Assembly (NCBI GenBank): GCA_030141605.1
Contig: JAQGDQ010000088.1
Location: forward strand, 434,001-498,000
Reading direction: 5' to 3'
DNA: 64,000 bases
Source of the DNA: Tubiluchus corallicola
Lineage: Eukaryota > Animalia > Priapulida
A model generated the notes under the pieces. The model searched no databases. It saw only the letters and a list, made by a program, of their open reading frames with translations, and was not told the origin of the DNA. The position numbers and the translations under genes were made by a program. This document shows positions 1 through 11,747 of this stretch, piece after piece. Position 1 is the first letter of the stretch. Every line of letters begins with the position of its first letter.

Positions 1-1752
1 TATTATGGCCAAATCAATTTATTTCATTCCAGCAATACATATACAATACATCAACATAAAATATCATGAGAAAAACAGCAGTATACCAGCTAAAAAATCA
101 TTGTTGAAAGCAAATTAACGAAATAAATTAATTGTTGCATGAACCTTGAAATCGTTGCTTGTTAAGATCATGAATGAGTGAATAAAAAACGAATGATGTT
201 TGCTTTATGTTCAATGGTACCCAATTAAACTTGTACATCCGGGGTAACAAAGCACATTCATTCTGACACAAATCAGCAAACATCGTTGGTAAACAATCGT
301 AGGTTTCTAAAATTTGATGTCAGCTTAAATTCTAGCTGTTTGATTTTTCTAATCTTTTCTTTCTGTAGATATGAGAGAAAGCGACCGTTAACCGTCATTT
401 GAATGACATGTCTGTAAAAATTAACCTTTAGGTTATGTAAATTAAACAAGTCTTTTAATGATTTTTTAAAGAGCCAATTTGATATTTCATTGAAAAGTAT
501 CTCGTCACTACCAGTTTACCCTAAACGCATGGATGTAGGTAAAAATGCTCAGGTAAAAATGGCACAGGAAAAAATGGCAAACGCATAGTAAAATACGTGT
601 TTAGGGTTATCTCTCAAAAGGAAGTTATGCTTCAACTCAGTTTGTCTGTCTGTGTAGTTTTTTGTCTGTAATGACAGTAAGCCTAGCTTTTACGCAAGAA
701 TTATGTAATGTACAGACTTCCAAGAAACGTTGTGAAGAAAGGCGAGTATAGAGTGCCAATCGGGATTTTTTTCGCCGTTCTTTTTTTGTAAAACTTGGCC
801 AAACGTCACGTACAGAAAAAAACACTTCGTGGAGGTCTCAGAAGGGGTGTTTAGTACTTACTTTTTTTATTTCTGCCTGGATAAACAACTATACGAGGTA
901 GTTTCAGTTCCATTTTGAAAAATTCTCGCTCGCTGGTAACTAAAACTGTGTAACGTACGCTGTGCATAAGCTTTGCTTTTTAATGTGTATAACCTTATTA
1001 TTGATTATCGTGCATTATTGTTTATCAATCTATTTATTGAAACAAATATTTTGTGAGTCTATATAATACCTTTACAGGTGCATTTTTACATGCTTGCTTG
1101 TTTATCTTTGTGTTAAATTTTTTTTAGTCAAAAGAATCAGACGAATTTTATCGCGCACCGCATGGATATATCATTTGGATGGAATATTTTTTTAACTGAC
1201 ACCAAATCCTGGAAACCATCATTTGTTGTAAAAATAACAGTGCTCTCTGCGATCGACAGTTCAGTCCTAGTCTGTCAAATTTCAATAATCCTAAAGTTAC
1301 CAAAAAGAAGAATCTCACTGTTGGCAAAAAATGCATAATCTACGGTGCCTTTCTGAGCAAAGTTACCTAAGATTGAGATGAGCAGTCTAACGTTTTGTAA
1401 TTGGTCATTGAACACATACATGACATTATGTTTAAATCATGCTGTCGCAAAAATCAGTAAATGGCCAGTACAGGTCCTTGTATTAATGTGTTGTCAGCAT
1501 AGTATTTGAATAACAGATAGTAGATGGGCTGTCAAGCAATTCGAGTAATGCTATACTATTGACAGAACTATCTTCTTTCTTGTCGGGAATAGTATCTGGG
1601 GAATATGTAACTATTCATGATATGCTTTATACAAATGTTCGCAGTCCTGATATTATAAATGCACAGCTGTTAAGTTAGTAATTAAGCTGTAATCACCTGT
1701 GCTGGACTATCTCTACCTCCTCCCTCACTAAAGAATGGTACGAATCCAAAAT

Positions 1753-1988
1753 GGACCAATCACATCGCTGGAGTTGCGTCAGAAACCGGCTTTGTGCACG
1801 CTGCTACCATCCGTACTCGCATCTTATGGTCGCAGTTGTAGCGTGGTTAGTAAATATTTACGAGCGCACGAGGTTTTATTCAGAAGTATACATACTCATT
1901 CAGTAGTCTCATTCTGATTGCGTCTTGTTTAAAACGTTTAAATGGACGAATGGTTTTGTGTCTAACCGTACTGAAGTTTTTTCTGGGT
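1753..1988 (+). promoter_or_regulatory. Putative promoter and non-coding first exon of the SLC7 gene
   Basis: CCAAT at 1756, TTGCGTCA at 1774-1781, locally CpG-rich sequence, and donor GTAAGT at 1989. A candidate acceptor TTTATAG ends at 5947, 116 nt before the ATG at 6064. The TSS cannot be placed. Confidence 0.4.
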
Positions 1989-2528
1989 GTAAGTATTAGT
2001 TTGTAATCAGTGACTATGGACGTGTTACAGCTGCGTTACATTACATGAAAGTGCAGTGTCACAGTGGCTGTATGCCATCATTTATCTCGTCTCCAAGTTT
2101 TTACCATACAGTCTTAGAATCTAAAAAGAGATCTAAATCTATTTAAAAAATCTGTTTACGTGATTTACTACTTCTAATATTTTCATCCATCTCTCAAAAT
2201 TTTATTGCTCCGGCAGGTAATATAAAATGAGTTTTATAGTTACAACGTGTACCTGAGGTTTGGTACTGGATCCGATTATTATTTTGTAGGATGCGCTCCG
2301 ATGCACGCTTCCAACTTTTTTATTTGTACACCACACAAATAAAACTGCTCAATACTCAATTAAACTGCACGGCGGCAGGTGTTAGAATTAATTGTTTTAA
2401 GATGCAACTGGGCAAATGTGTGATTATGTGTATGATGCTCATGTAGATCGAATTTAATATTGCTGAAGCATAAAAGTATAGGACAGCCGATTACATTGAA
2501 CATGTTCCTTATAGGGATGTAAAGAAGC

Positions 2529-3616
2529 TAGGGATGTTAACAATAACGATACGTATCGATAATTATCGTATCAATACGAAAAATTCGTTTTTTTCGTTAT
2601 TGTATCGATATTATACTAAGTATATCGTTATCTTATCAGTTTTGGTTTATATCATTGCTTATCTTTTACCTTTATAAAATTGCTTCACTTTGCTGTTCAA
2701 TTTACTTACAGCAATTAAGCAAAACAGTGGATAAAAAGAATTATTTAAAATTATAACCTTGTCAGATGCATGCAGTTGCACTTTCACTTTGCAAAGCGAT
2801 TATCTTTATTCTGATTCTGAAACATACAGACTTGCGGATTCCGAATACTGTGTACCATATTTTTGGTGTCATCATCCTGGACATGTGTAATTGTGCAGCT
2901 CGCACAGATAGATCTTTATATCGCGATAATCTATGTATCTATAGCAGCTTATTTATTTATGAACCATTATAACAACAGAGCAGAAAATTTCATCGTAGTC
3001 ACGTAATGGTTACATCAATCCGCCTGCAAAAATATGGGGTTCCATAACTTACAGACACCTTGCATGTGACGTTTCAGTCCGTCAGTGCTTACTGACTGTT
3101 TAGCAGAAATCATAGCTGATAAACAGTACAGCGGAATTTATCAGAATCATTCTAATTTTATTAGTGAAGATTCAAAAACATTCGCCGCCTGTAAGAACTG
3201 CAAACAAAATTACACGCATTACAGCTCAACTACAATTTTGGCTAAACATTTGAAAGAGGTAAGCATCAGTGATAATCATAGATGTAGTTGCTAAACGATT
3301 CATTCCATCCGCCTGGCTTCTTATTTCTCGCTCTGCAAGGAACAACGAGCTGCTCTGTGTGAACGTTAACGTGTGTTAAAATGTAATAATTATAATTATA
3401 GTTGGGTATTATGCTTCTTTATTTAACATAAAGACACAGAAAACTTGTGTTTCATAACTAGCGGCCATTAAAGGGTACAGCACTTTAATTTTAATTATTA
3501 GAGATACTTTTTCTGTGGGTGTATAAATTTTCTAACTTCAGTATCTTTTTTATCGCTCGAAATAGTTTATCGCGTCGTTGGAAGAAAGTATCGTATTGTA
3601 TCGTTTAACATCCCTA
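2529..3616 (+). mobile_element. Non-autonomous hAT DNA transposon retaining a BED zinc-finger remnant
   Basis: TIRs TAGGGATGTTAA...TTAACATCCCTA. Perfect 8-bp TSD AAAGAAGC at 2521-2528 and 3617-3624. Subterminal CGATA/TATCG repeats. Internal ORF 3085-3294 contains AACKNCKQNYTHYSSTTILAKHLK, resembling a BED finger. Confidence 0.9.
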
Positions 3617-4459
3617 AAAGAAGCGCTTTAATCGTTTTTATAAAAAACTACTAAACTCTTGTTTATGTACTTGATATTTATTGTGTATACAGGAGATAAA
3701 TAAGCTAAATCTTAATCTGAATATGCGATATGCGGGTATTCTGTTAAATGCATGTTACTAGCACTTCCTTTATAAAAAATATATGGCAAGCTAGATGGTT
3801 TTTTTAAAAAAGAAAAATGTGAGAGCAAGAATTTATACGTGAATTCTAAACTAATGCACAAACTAAACCGTGCTATGTGCAAATCAGCAACTGTGTGGTA
3901 ACTAGTAGTTACAAGAGCTGCTTTTCTCTGTCCAAAGCAAAAAAAAACTGCAAGAAAAAGCAGAAATTACTAGCTTTTTTTAGGTTTCCTTTTATCTAAA
4001 TTAATAAATCACAAAACGGTCTGTTATTGTAATTCATTTCTAAATAGTTTGTCGAAAGTCTTTTATGTCTGATTCAAGTAAATATGGTTTGTTTATAGTA
4101 TATAGGCATGGTTATGATTATCAAAATGCACACGTAGTTAATTTTTTTTACACAACCAGTCGCTGTGACCTGTGGGATTGCTCAGATGTAAACCTTAAAC
4201 GTGGCATTTTTCATGTTTCTTCAAATAAGAAATTTGTCTTGCTATTGCAATAGAAAGTGGAGAATTTTGAAATGAAACAGTTAAAGGTAATTCAGGATGT
4301 AACTAAAACCAATAATTAGCATTAGGTGTATTGAATCTACTTTTTGAACAAAGTTTGTCAGTTAAGTGTCTCCCAATTTTTTTACGTTTCTTGATCCCAA
4401 TGTTAGACAATCGCATGATCAGGCCCGATCATCGATTGCATGACCATCCCTGACTACCT

Positions 4460-5040
4460 TAACAGAATGCTGCGCATACAAAGACTCAGCACTATTACAC
4501 GCATTCAAGGAGGAGGTAACGGCTTGTGGAAAAAATACCTTGGTAGCTTGTTAGACATCAAAGGCGACATATAGCGAAAGAAAATTTTAGCAATGTCTAC
4601 TTATTCAGATCTCGCAATGGTTTTTGAAAACAGTAGACATTCTCTTGAAATAGAGGTTGAATCCTTTCAACTTTAGTTTTACCTGTATTTCTATGCAATG
4701 CTGAGCTGTGGATAATAAAAGCTAAACAGCAGAAGGAAATTGATGCATTTCAAAGAAATCTCCATGGAAAGTTGTCATGCCTTGAATGGCCTTATGGAAT
4801 ATCCAATGATAATCTGTATGATGTGGTGAAGAAGAATCCTTGCAGGAAAAGACTGTATTCAAGAACCTCCTCTTATCGTCGGGATTACTGTAAAGCTCTT
4901 GAAATGACAAAAAAATGAGAGAGGTCAGCTACTGACCCATATAGATATACTGCAAAAAGATTTAGAAATTACTACTCTAGATTTGAGGGATATTGCATCA
5001 TGGGTGGTGGTGGCAGATAGGAGTGTAGACCTGTAGGGCC
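4460..5040 (+). mobile_element. Decayed RTE-like LINE, 3' fragment
   Basis: Broken frames give KYLGSLLDIKGDI*RKKILA, FLCNAELW, EIDAFQRNL and VADRS, typical of the region after the RT domain in RTE-type ORF2. Boundaries approximate. Confidence 0.55.
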
Positions 5041-6063
5041 TCCAATTTTCAAGGTTTCAAAATTGACCACATTCCAAATGGTAAAGGATCTTTAAGATAA
5101 ATAAACTTCATATTCAGCACCATAACTTTAAAGGTGGAAATTCAAGTTGTGGTGCCAGATCCTTAAGACAAAAAAGTTCAGATCCTGAACCAGACTTGTG
5201 GCCACGTCGTTTTAGTAAACCTCTGCCATTTGTTAATGCAATAAGTTTCCTAAACCATGAAACAGAAGTACAACAAAAGATACATATTGCATGTGCTTCA
5301 TAATTTTTACACATACATTAACTAAGCAAGCTTCACATTTACTTTGTACGTGCAATGTGTATCTTGAGAATTTTACTGCCAATTACTAATATTTCAGTAA
5401 TAATGTGTATCGTTGCTATATGGCACGTGTATCTCTTTTTCACCATAACAATCTACTGACAAAGCAAAAACACCCTTAAATATATTTTATACATGTACCT
5501 AGCATGACGTGTGCAAACCAAAAACTAACACTCGGGCTTGAAAATTAAATAATTTACTAATACGGTGTATTACTAAAATATTAAGATCTGCTAGTCATAG
5601 GCCTATATAGCTATTTTTCTGGACCGTACCAAGTAGTGATAACTTTTTAGATTTCTTTCTTGATCAAACATTAATTAAATTGTGGATCATTGAATAGTAT
5701 GACATATTTATTGTTTTGTAACACAACTTTAGGCTTGGTAAAGTGAAATACTGTTTTATACCTTTTAATATAGATTTTAAAGTATTGTGCTAAGTATTAT
5801 ACAGTAACATACTGCAGAACGTAGTAGAAACGGTCATCGTACATGCACAGGAAAGGAATCAAAATGCTGGTTTTTTAACTTTCTAACTCAAGCCATTGCT
5901 GCTATTCTGATTTTTTAGTTACCTAACTCGAAATTTGCTATTTATAGGTACTGCTGACAAGTGAGTACTGTAATCCTATTCAAGCTGTTGACAGAACGCT
6001 TAACTCATCAGTAACTTAAAAGAACATCAGTCTTTAAAACGATAACATTTTGAAGATATCATC

Positions 6064-6505
6064 ATGGCTGAAGCTGAGGGTAACAGTAAAGACAAAGTAG
6101 AACTGAAGAAAAAGGTCAGTCTTTTCAATGGTGTCACCATCATAGTTGGTTGCATCATCGGATCCGGAATTTTCCTGAGTCCTGTAGGTGTCTTAAAGCA
6201 GTCACAGTCCATTGGCGTATCACTGATCGTGTGGGCAGTATGTGGTGTTCTGTCCACTCTTGGTGCTCTGTGTTACGCTGAGCTTGGCACAACAATAACT
6301 AGATCAGGAGGAGACTTTGCTTACTTGATGGAATTCTTTGGCCCTCTGCCAGCTTTCTTGTTTTTATGGGTGTCATTGCTGATCATACGACCAACTTGCC
6401 AAGCAGTTGTGGCATTAACATTTGCTAAGTATGCAACGCAGCCATTCTTCACAGGGTGTGAACCTCCGGATAGTGCAGTGAGATTGTTAGCTGCTTGCTG
6501 CCTTT
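6064..6505 (+). CDS. SLC7A5/SLC7A8-like: SLC7 L-type amino acid transporter light chain, coding exon 1 (TM1-TM4 start)
   Basis: ATG at 6064. Motifs [26 protein letters not shown] and IIRP. Heavy-chain-linking Cys132 in [10 protein letters not shown] (LAT1 Cys164 equivalent). Donor T|GTAAGT, phase 1. Confidence 0.96.
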
Positions 6506-9500
6506 GTAAGTATTTGTCAAACTCTACAAACCATGATTTTGTAAGCTATGTTAGTTAGGATAAGTCCAGCAAAAGTTTATGCTAGTCTCTCAGTGTCACC
6601 TTGTTTACTGCCCAGAATGTGAAACTGATGAATAAAAATTAACAGGTACCATACCAATTTCCTCTTTCTTTGTAGTGGAAATTACAGTCATCTCCATAAA
6701 AATCCCAGAGTATATTTTTGAATATTTTGAATAAAAGTACTCGTCTCCAATAAAAGCAAGTACACCTACCTTCTTTATTGTAATCAAAAAATGCCCCAGG
6801 CACATTTAGCAATATGTAAACATGCTTTTAACAGCCATCAATAAGTGCTTTTGGCAAAACTCTGCATTTAGCAACTGCTCTAATGCATATAACTTGTGAT
6901 ATTACAGTTATTGAAACTTAATGCCTCCACACATTCATTCTTCCTCACATTAATTGATAATTGTAGCCTCTCTTCGAAAAACAGGAGAAAGGGTATGGCA
7001 AAAGCATAAACTCGTCTAATAATAAAGTCAGAGTACAAGTACTACATATCTATGTAATGATGGTGATCTATCACGCAATTAACTAATTTTATGAACTGTG
7101 CTTTTATATAATTAATTAGCTAGATGTTTTGTTTTTAGTAGCTTTTGCTTATTCGTTTTTCTGGTTGGAACTTACGTAAATCTACTGTGTGAGTAATAGT
7201 GAGAGCAGTTTAAGAACACACTTTCAAATCAGATAACTTTCGAATTCTGAAGTTTGCTCATATTTTGCGTAGAGAATAATACTGATAAATGCTGCTTTTA
7301 CTTAATAATATAAGCCGTTTTGTGGAAATCTGAACTGGTGTATTGATTGTGCAAATATCACCAAGTAAACATTTTGGGCTAACACTAAGAGCTTTGCGTG
7401 CAAACGGGACTTCAAGCAAATACAAATTTTCTGTCAGATCAATCTTTTCTCCAGCCTTTTATTCCATTAATAACTTTCTAATTTTCGGAGAATTTTATAG
7501 AGGTTTCCTACCTGCCTACTAGGGTAACCCTTAATGGCCTGAAGTTTTGTGAATGTATTATTTATAAATTCACTTTATTTACACCTGAAAAGTCATAAGC
7601 CTACTTTTCATGTCGAACAGAATAATGTGATACACTACCCGTGACCTTCATAAACAATCATGTTAACTACGCTGGAGAGTGGGGACCATTTTTGTCTTTT
7701 ATCTTTTGTAGTAAAATTTTAAATTATTGGTAATATAGCGAATGTGCCTATAATTTTCATGTACTTACCGTAATTCACAAAAATGGAAGTTAATGTGCAC
7801 TTATGTCGTACTTTTGTCAGATTTGGAAATTTTCTTGTGCTGTGCATTAAAATTTGCAAAACGTGAAACTTTGTTGCTGTTTAACAGGGATTTCCGTATG
7901 GCTCAGCCAAGAAACCGGCTCAGAATGATTTTCTAAATATGTGTTAGGTGGATGAAACTTTTAGCACACGACATAATTGGTAGAAGCTTGCGTGGAATAG
8001 CGGCATACGATTTAACGTTCCTATATTTACTGAATAAATGAGAGACATATTTGCGCTACTTGAGATACTACCGGTGCACGGCCCGTGAAGATTAAATTAA
8101 ATAAAGACTATCTCATAAAGTTATAAATACGCATAAGAAATAAGTGTATACGCATAAGAAATAAGTGCAAATATAGGTCTATTATAAGCAAACTGCCCAA
8201 AAAGTTTCAGTCCCCTGTTCCAATTCCGTAGGCCTCTAACCCTGTTGGTTAGTTGGGGTATCGTTTTTTTATTCTAGATACTGAGTCTGCCTTGCCTGAT
8301 TTTAGTCAGTGAAGTACATACCATAACCACTATGATTGTAAATAATTTCGTGTATCAAGATTATGGTAAAAATACTTTAAAGTTTATAAATGTTTGTTGC
8401 TTTTTATTTATAAATTAAAAAACCTGTTTCGCTGCAGCATTTATAGTATTCATCGAGTAAACTATTGTGTACCACGGCATGCGTAGTTGCTAGTCAGGAT
8501 GACGAAGTGGTTTAGAAAGCTGTAAGCGTAAGACGAATAAAAATCGCCTTTGACCGGCTTTCTGCGCATGATTTGTCAACTCGTCATGCATTTGTGAGCG
8601 GAAACACGTGCTAGCACCTCCGCGCTTTGTCCTGAAAATTTTGTTTCTTGGAAAGAGGCCAGTATCTAAAACACATGGCTTTTTTATTATGCTAGCTAGC
8701 GTAACTATCATTACCCATAGTGATTATAAATGTACATGTATACTGAGCGAACAACAGCTATAACATCATTACCATGTATGGCTGGCGGCTGCCTACACGG
8801 ATTTGGTTTCAGTTAAAAAAGCTGTGTCAGTGAACCGTTGTCTAAACGTAAAACTTAACTTCGTTAATTATGTTTTGTTTGTGCAAAATCTGAGTAAAAG
8901 CTGCTGTGTTTGCTTTTCTCTCCTGCCATTTTCTCTGAAAATAGGGACACTTGGCAAACTTTCGCTCGCTGAATATTTTAACTTCAAGCTAACCAATGTT
9001 GTCTTATAATTAGCAGTTATAATCACAATTTTTTAAAACTTTTAATTATATTAGCTTTTCTGTTAGCTTTGCGTTTACGTTTGAGTCGTAATCATAAAAT
9101 TAATTAAGTTTAATTTTACGTTTAAGTTTAATAAAAAATAATTTGAGTGATCACCGTCAGTTTATCAGTTAGGTATGTTTTCATATATGTTTAGGTTTTC
9201 CGATATGTTTTTGTAGATAGACTTAAGCAATACTTCATTCCCAAGTGCTCTGTGAGCCTATGGGCACACCCACGTGTGCGATACGGAAAAATCATAAAAC
9301 GCTTTACGGAGTTTCTAGAGTTGTGCTGAGAGAAACTATATTATATTAACATTTTGTTAATGAGGATGTTGTTAAATTGTAAAAAATGTTTTTGGTCTCA
9401 TATTGCGGTTTTTTCGTTTGTCTAAATAATCTATCTCTCTGTCGTGGATTCTGCTTTTGAAATAAGTCTTTGCTGGTTTCCATTTCTCTTCGCAATCGGA

Positions 9501-11064
9501 GAGGATTGAATGTAAAGCTTTTTATGTCTTGGTTGTTAATAATGTAATATGGGTGCAGCAGAATGATTCGACACAGATTACATTATGTGGTCAAGGTTCT
9601 TGGGTCAGTGTGCTGAAAGAAAGTGTGTGGTTGCTTCTTTCCGTTAATACACAGTCAAAAACAAGTAAACAACATTGCATTTAGGGCCGAGTAGAAAGTA
9701 GAAACATGTCGCTGATGTCACTGACCGACTAGTTGAGTGCATGGAAAGGGTGTGCTACGGTTGGACTCTGCGGATGTATCTATAGATGCGTTCCTGCCAG
9801 GCACGTGGTTTATAACTGTTACATACTTGCGTACGTGAACATTTAGCTATCTTCAGTGAAAGCTACAATCTTTATCATGGCTTAAGTGGTAAGCGCTAAG
9901 CGTATTTAAGGAGATCAAAATTCACGAAAACATTGTTATGTGTGTCATAGGCGAACCCATTCAAAATAGTTGAGGTTTTTGTTGAGGCTAATAGCAGACT
10001 TGTAACCCGTTGACATGTTTAGGTGATACTGTTGGGCAGTCCAGCTTTCAGCGACAGGGCTGCTTAATGCAAATGTTTTTGGAGGGACCGGAATCTCAAC
10101 TCACTGACAGGGTAATTCCTCATCGACTAGGAACAGATCAAAAAAGTTTATTTTAGTTGTTTGATAATGGATATGCGGACACCAGAAATGTTTAACGGAA
10201 CCTCAGTATTGGAAATTTGAAATTAAAGATGATTTTTATAGTATCGGTGGTTTTGACTTTTTTCTTCGTTCAAGATTTCCCCACAACCAAGGGACCGAAC
10301 GAGTTCTACAGATTCGTAACCCTATAAATTCAGTACGCCGGTGCTGTGAATGAATGCAATGTTCGTGCTAATCACAATTTCAGTTTTACGGTTTATAAAA
10401 TCTGTCTCAGACAGTCATTTAGGCATAATCAGACTTCTAGTTAAATGGTTGCTAATTACCGACAAATAATGAAATTTGATACCGATGATCGCACTCCTAT
10501 GACGTCAATCTTATGGTTGTGTTTGAATAAAGCTTTCAGTGCTGACACATTTTTCTAAATTTTCGCTGTTTTTAGTCGTTATCTGCATGTTAGAAAAGAA
10601 CGCAGTTATTTATTATTTATAGCAAAATAGGCCTAATTGTTCTACATAAATTTTTCTTAAGCCGTTTTGCCTGACTGAACCTGAACATAAATCTTGATAA
10701 ACAAGCGACATTTGCGCCATATCGTAATAACGTTTGCGTTGCGCTTTCATAAAATAACACGTATTGCCACCTTATAGCATACAAGTGTCTGTTAACTCTA
10801 TTTAATGGCTCTTTGTTTTCTTTGGGTTTTCCTGAAATGTGACACAGTGATACTGGGTAATTATTAATCCCACGGGAAAGTACGGTTGAATGGTTAGTTA
10901 TTAGTCTGTAAAATAAAAATTTTTATAGCCAGACAGTTATATGAGTGTACATCTTGTCTACTAATTAAGTTAATTTTGTTTTGTATTAAAATTGTTACAA
11001 GTGATATATTTTGGGGGAAATTGTTCTTTTAATTTACAAAAATGGCGGTTTGTTTCTTTTGCAG

Positions 11065-11190
11065 GTCTTCTTACGTTTATCAATTGTGTAAGCGTAAAAT
11101 GGGCGATGAGAATACAAGACGTATTTACGTCCAGCAAGCTTCTTGCGTTGGCTATGATCATTATTACTGGTATTGTCTGGATGTGTATGG
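11065..11190 (+). CDS. SLC7A5/SLC7A8-like: SLC7 transporter coding exon 2 (TM4-TM5)
   Basis: Acceptor TTTTGCAG, donor G|GTATGT, 126 nt, phase 1/1. Encodes [35 protein letters not shown]. Confidence 0.95.
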
Positions 11191-11673
11191 GTATGTTCAC
11201 AGTTTACACTCGTTCTTCATATAACTTATATTAAAATTAATGTGATAACTTTTTAAGCAGAATTTTATTAATACGAAACACAGGGGTAGTTTTTCTGTAT
11301 CTGTGATATAAAATGAGGCCAGGATCCCAGGAACTCCCGTTAGTTCCATAAACTTCTTTGGTGATGTTATTGTCCGTGGCCCAGATTCATATACGCATCG
11401 TAAGTTTAGGTAGTTGAGTGCATTGTCTTACGACACCTCTGCACAGTGTTGTAAAGTGTATTCACGCCGCCCCATTTTAATGCACTTAACTGCATCTCGC
11501 TAGTACTCTTAATTCGGTGTTAATGAGGAACCACTTAAGCCCGCTACTTGAATTTCATCAAAAATTTAAAGACGCTGAGCGGGACTAGCTTTAGTAAATC
11601 ACCAGCTGTAACAGCAAATTTATCATTAAACCGAATTCGTAAGTAGCAGCCAAAGGCTCGAGCAATGAGGTGG

Positions 11674-11747
11674 TTTGCTTGCGCCAGTGGACTACTGTTC
11701 GCCAGTACGATTTGCTTGCGCCAGTGGACTACTGTTCGCCAGTACGA
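11674..11747. repeat. Perfect 37-bp tandem duplication
   Basis: TTTGCTTGCGCCAGTGGACTACTGTTCGCCAGTACGA occurs twice, head to tail. Confidence 0.95.

Noticed and set aside
530-1100. GGTAAAAATGGCAC-type short repeats suggesting a MITE
   Set aside because: Could not define matching termini or a TSD with confidence.
5948-5994. 13-nt UTR mini-exon followed by GTGAGT
   Set aside because: The next plausible AG would give an intron of about 34 nt; unsupported without transcript data.
11674-11747. 37-bp direct repeats resembling CRISPR repeats
   Set aside because: Only two adjacent copies with no spacer, no cas genes and a eukaryotic intron context; a simple tandem duplication.
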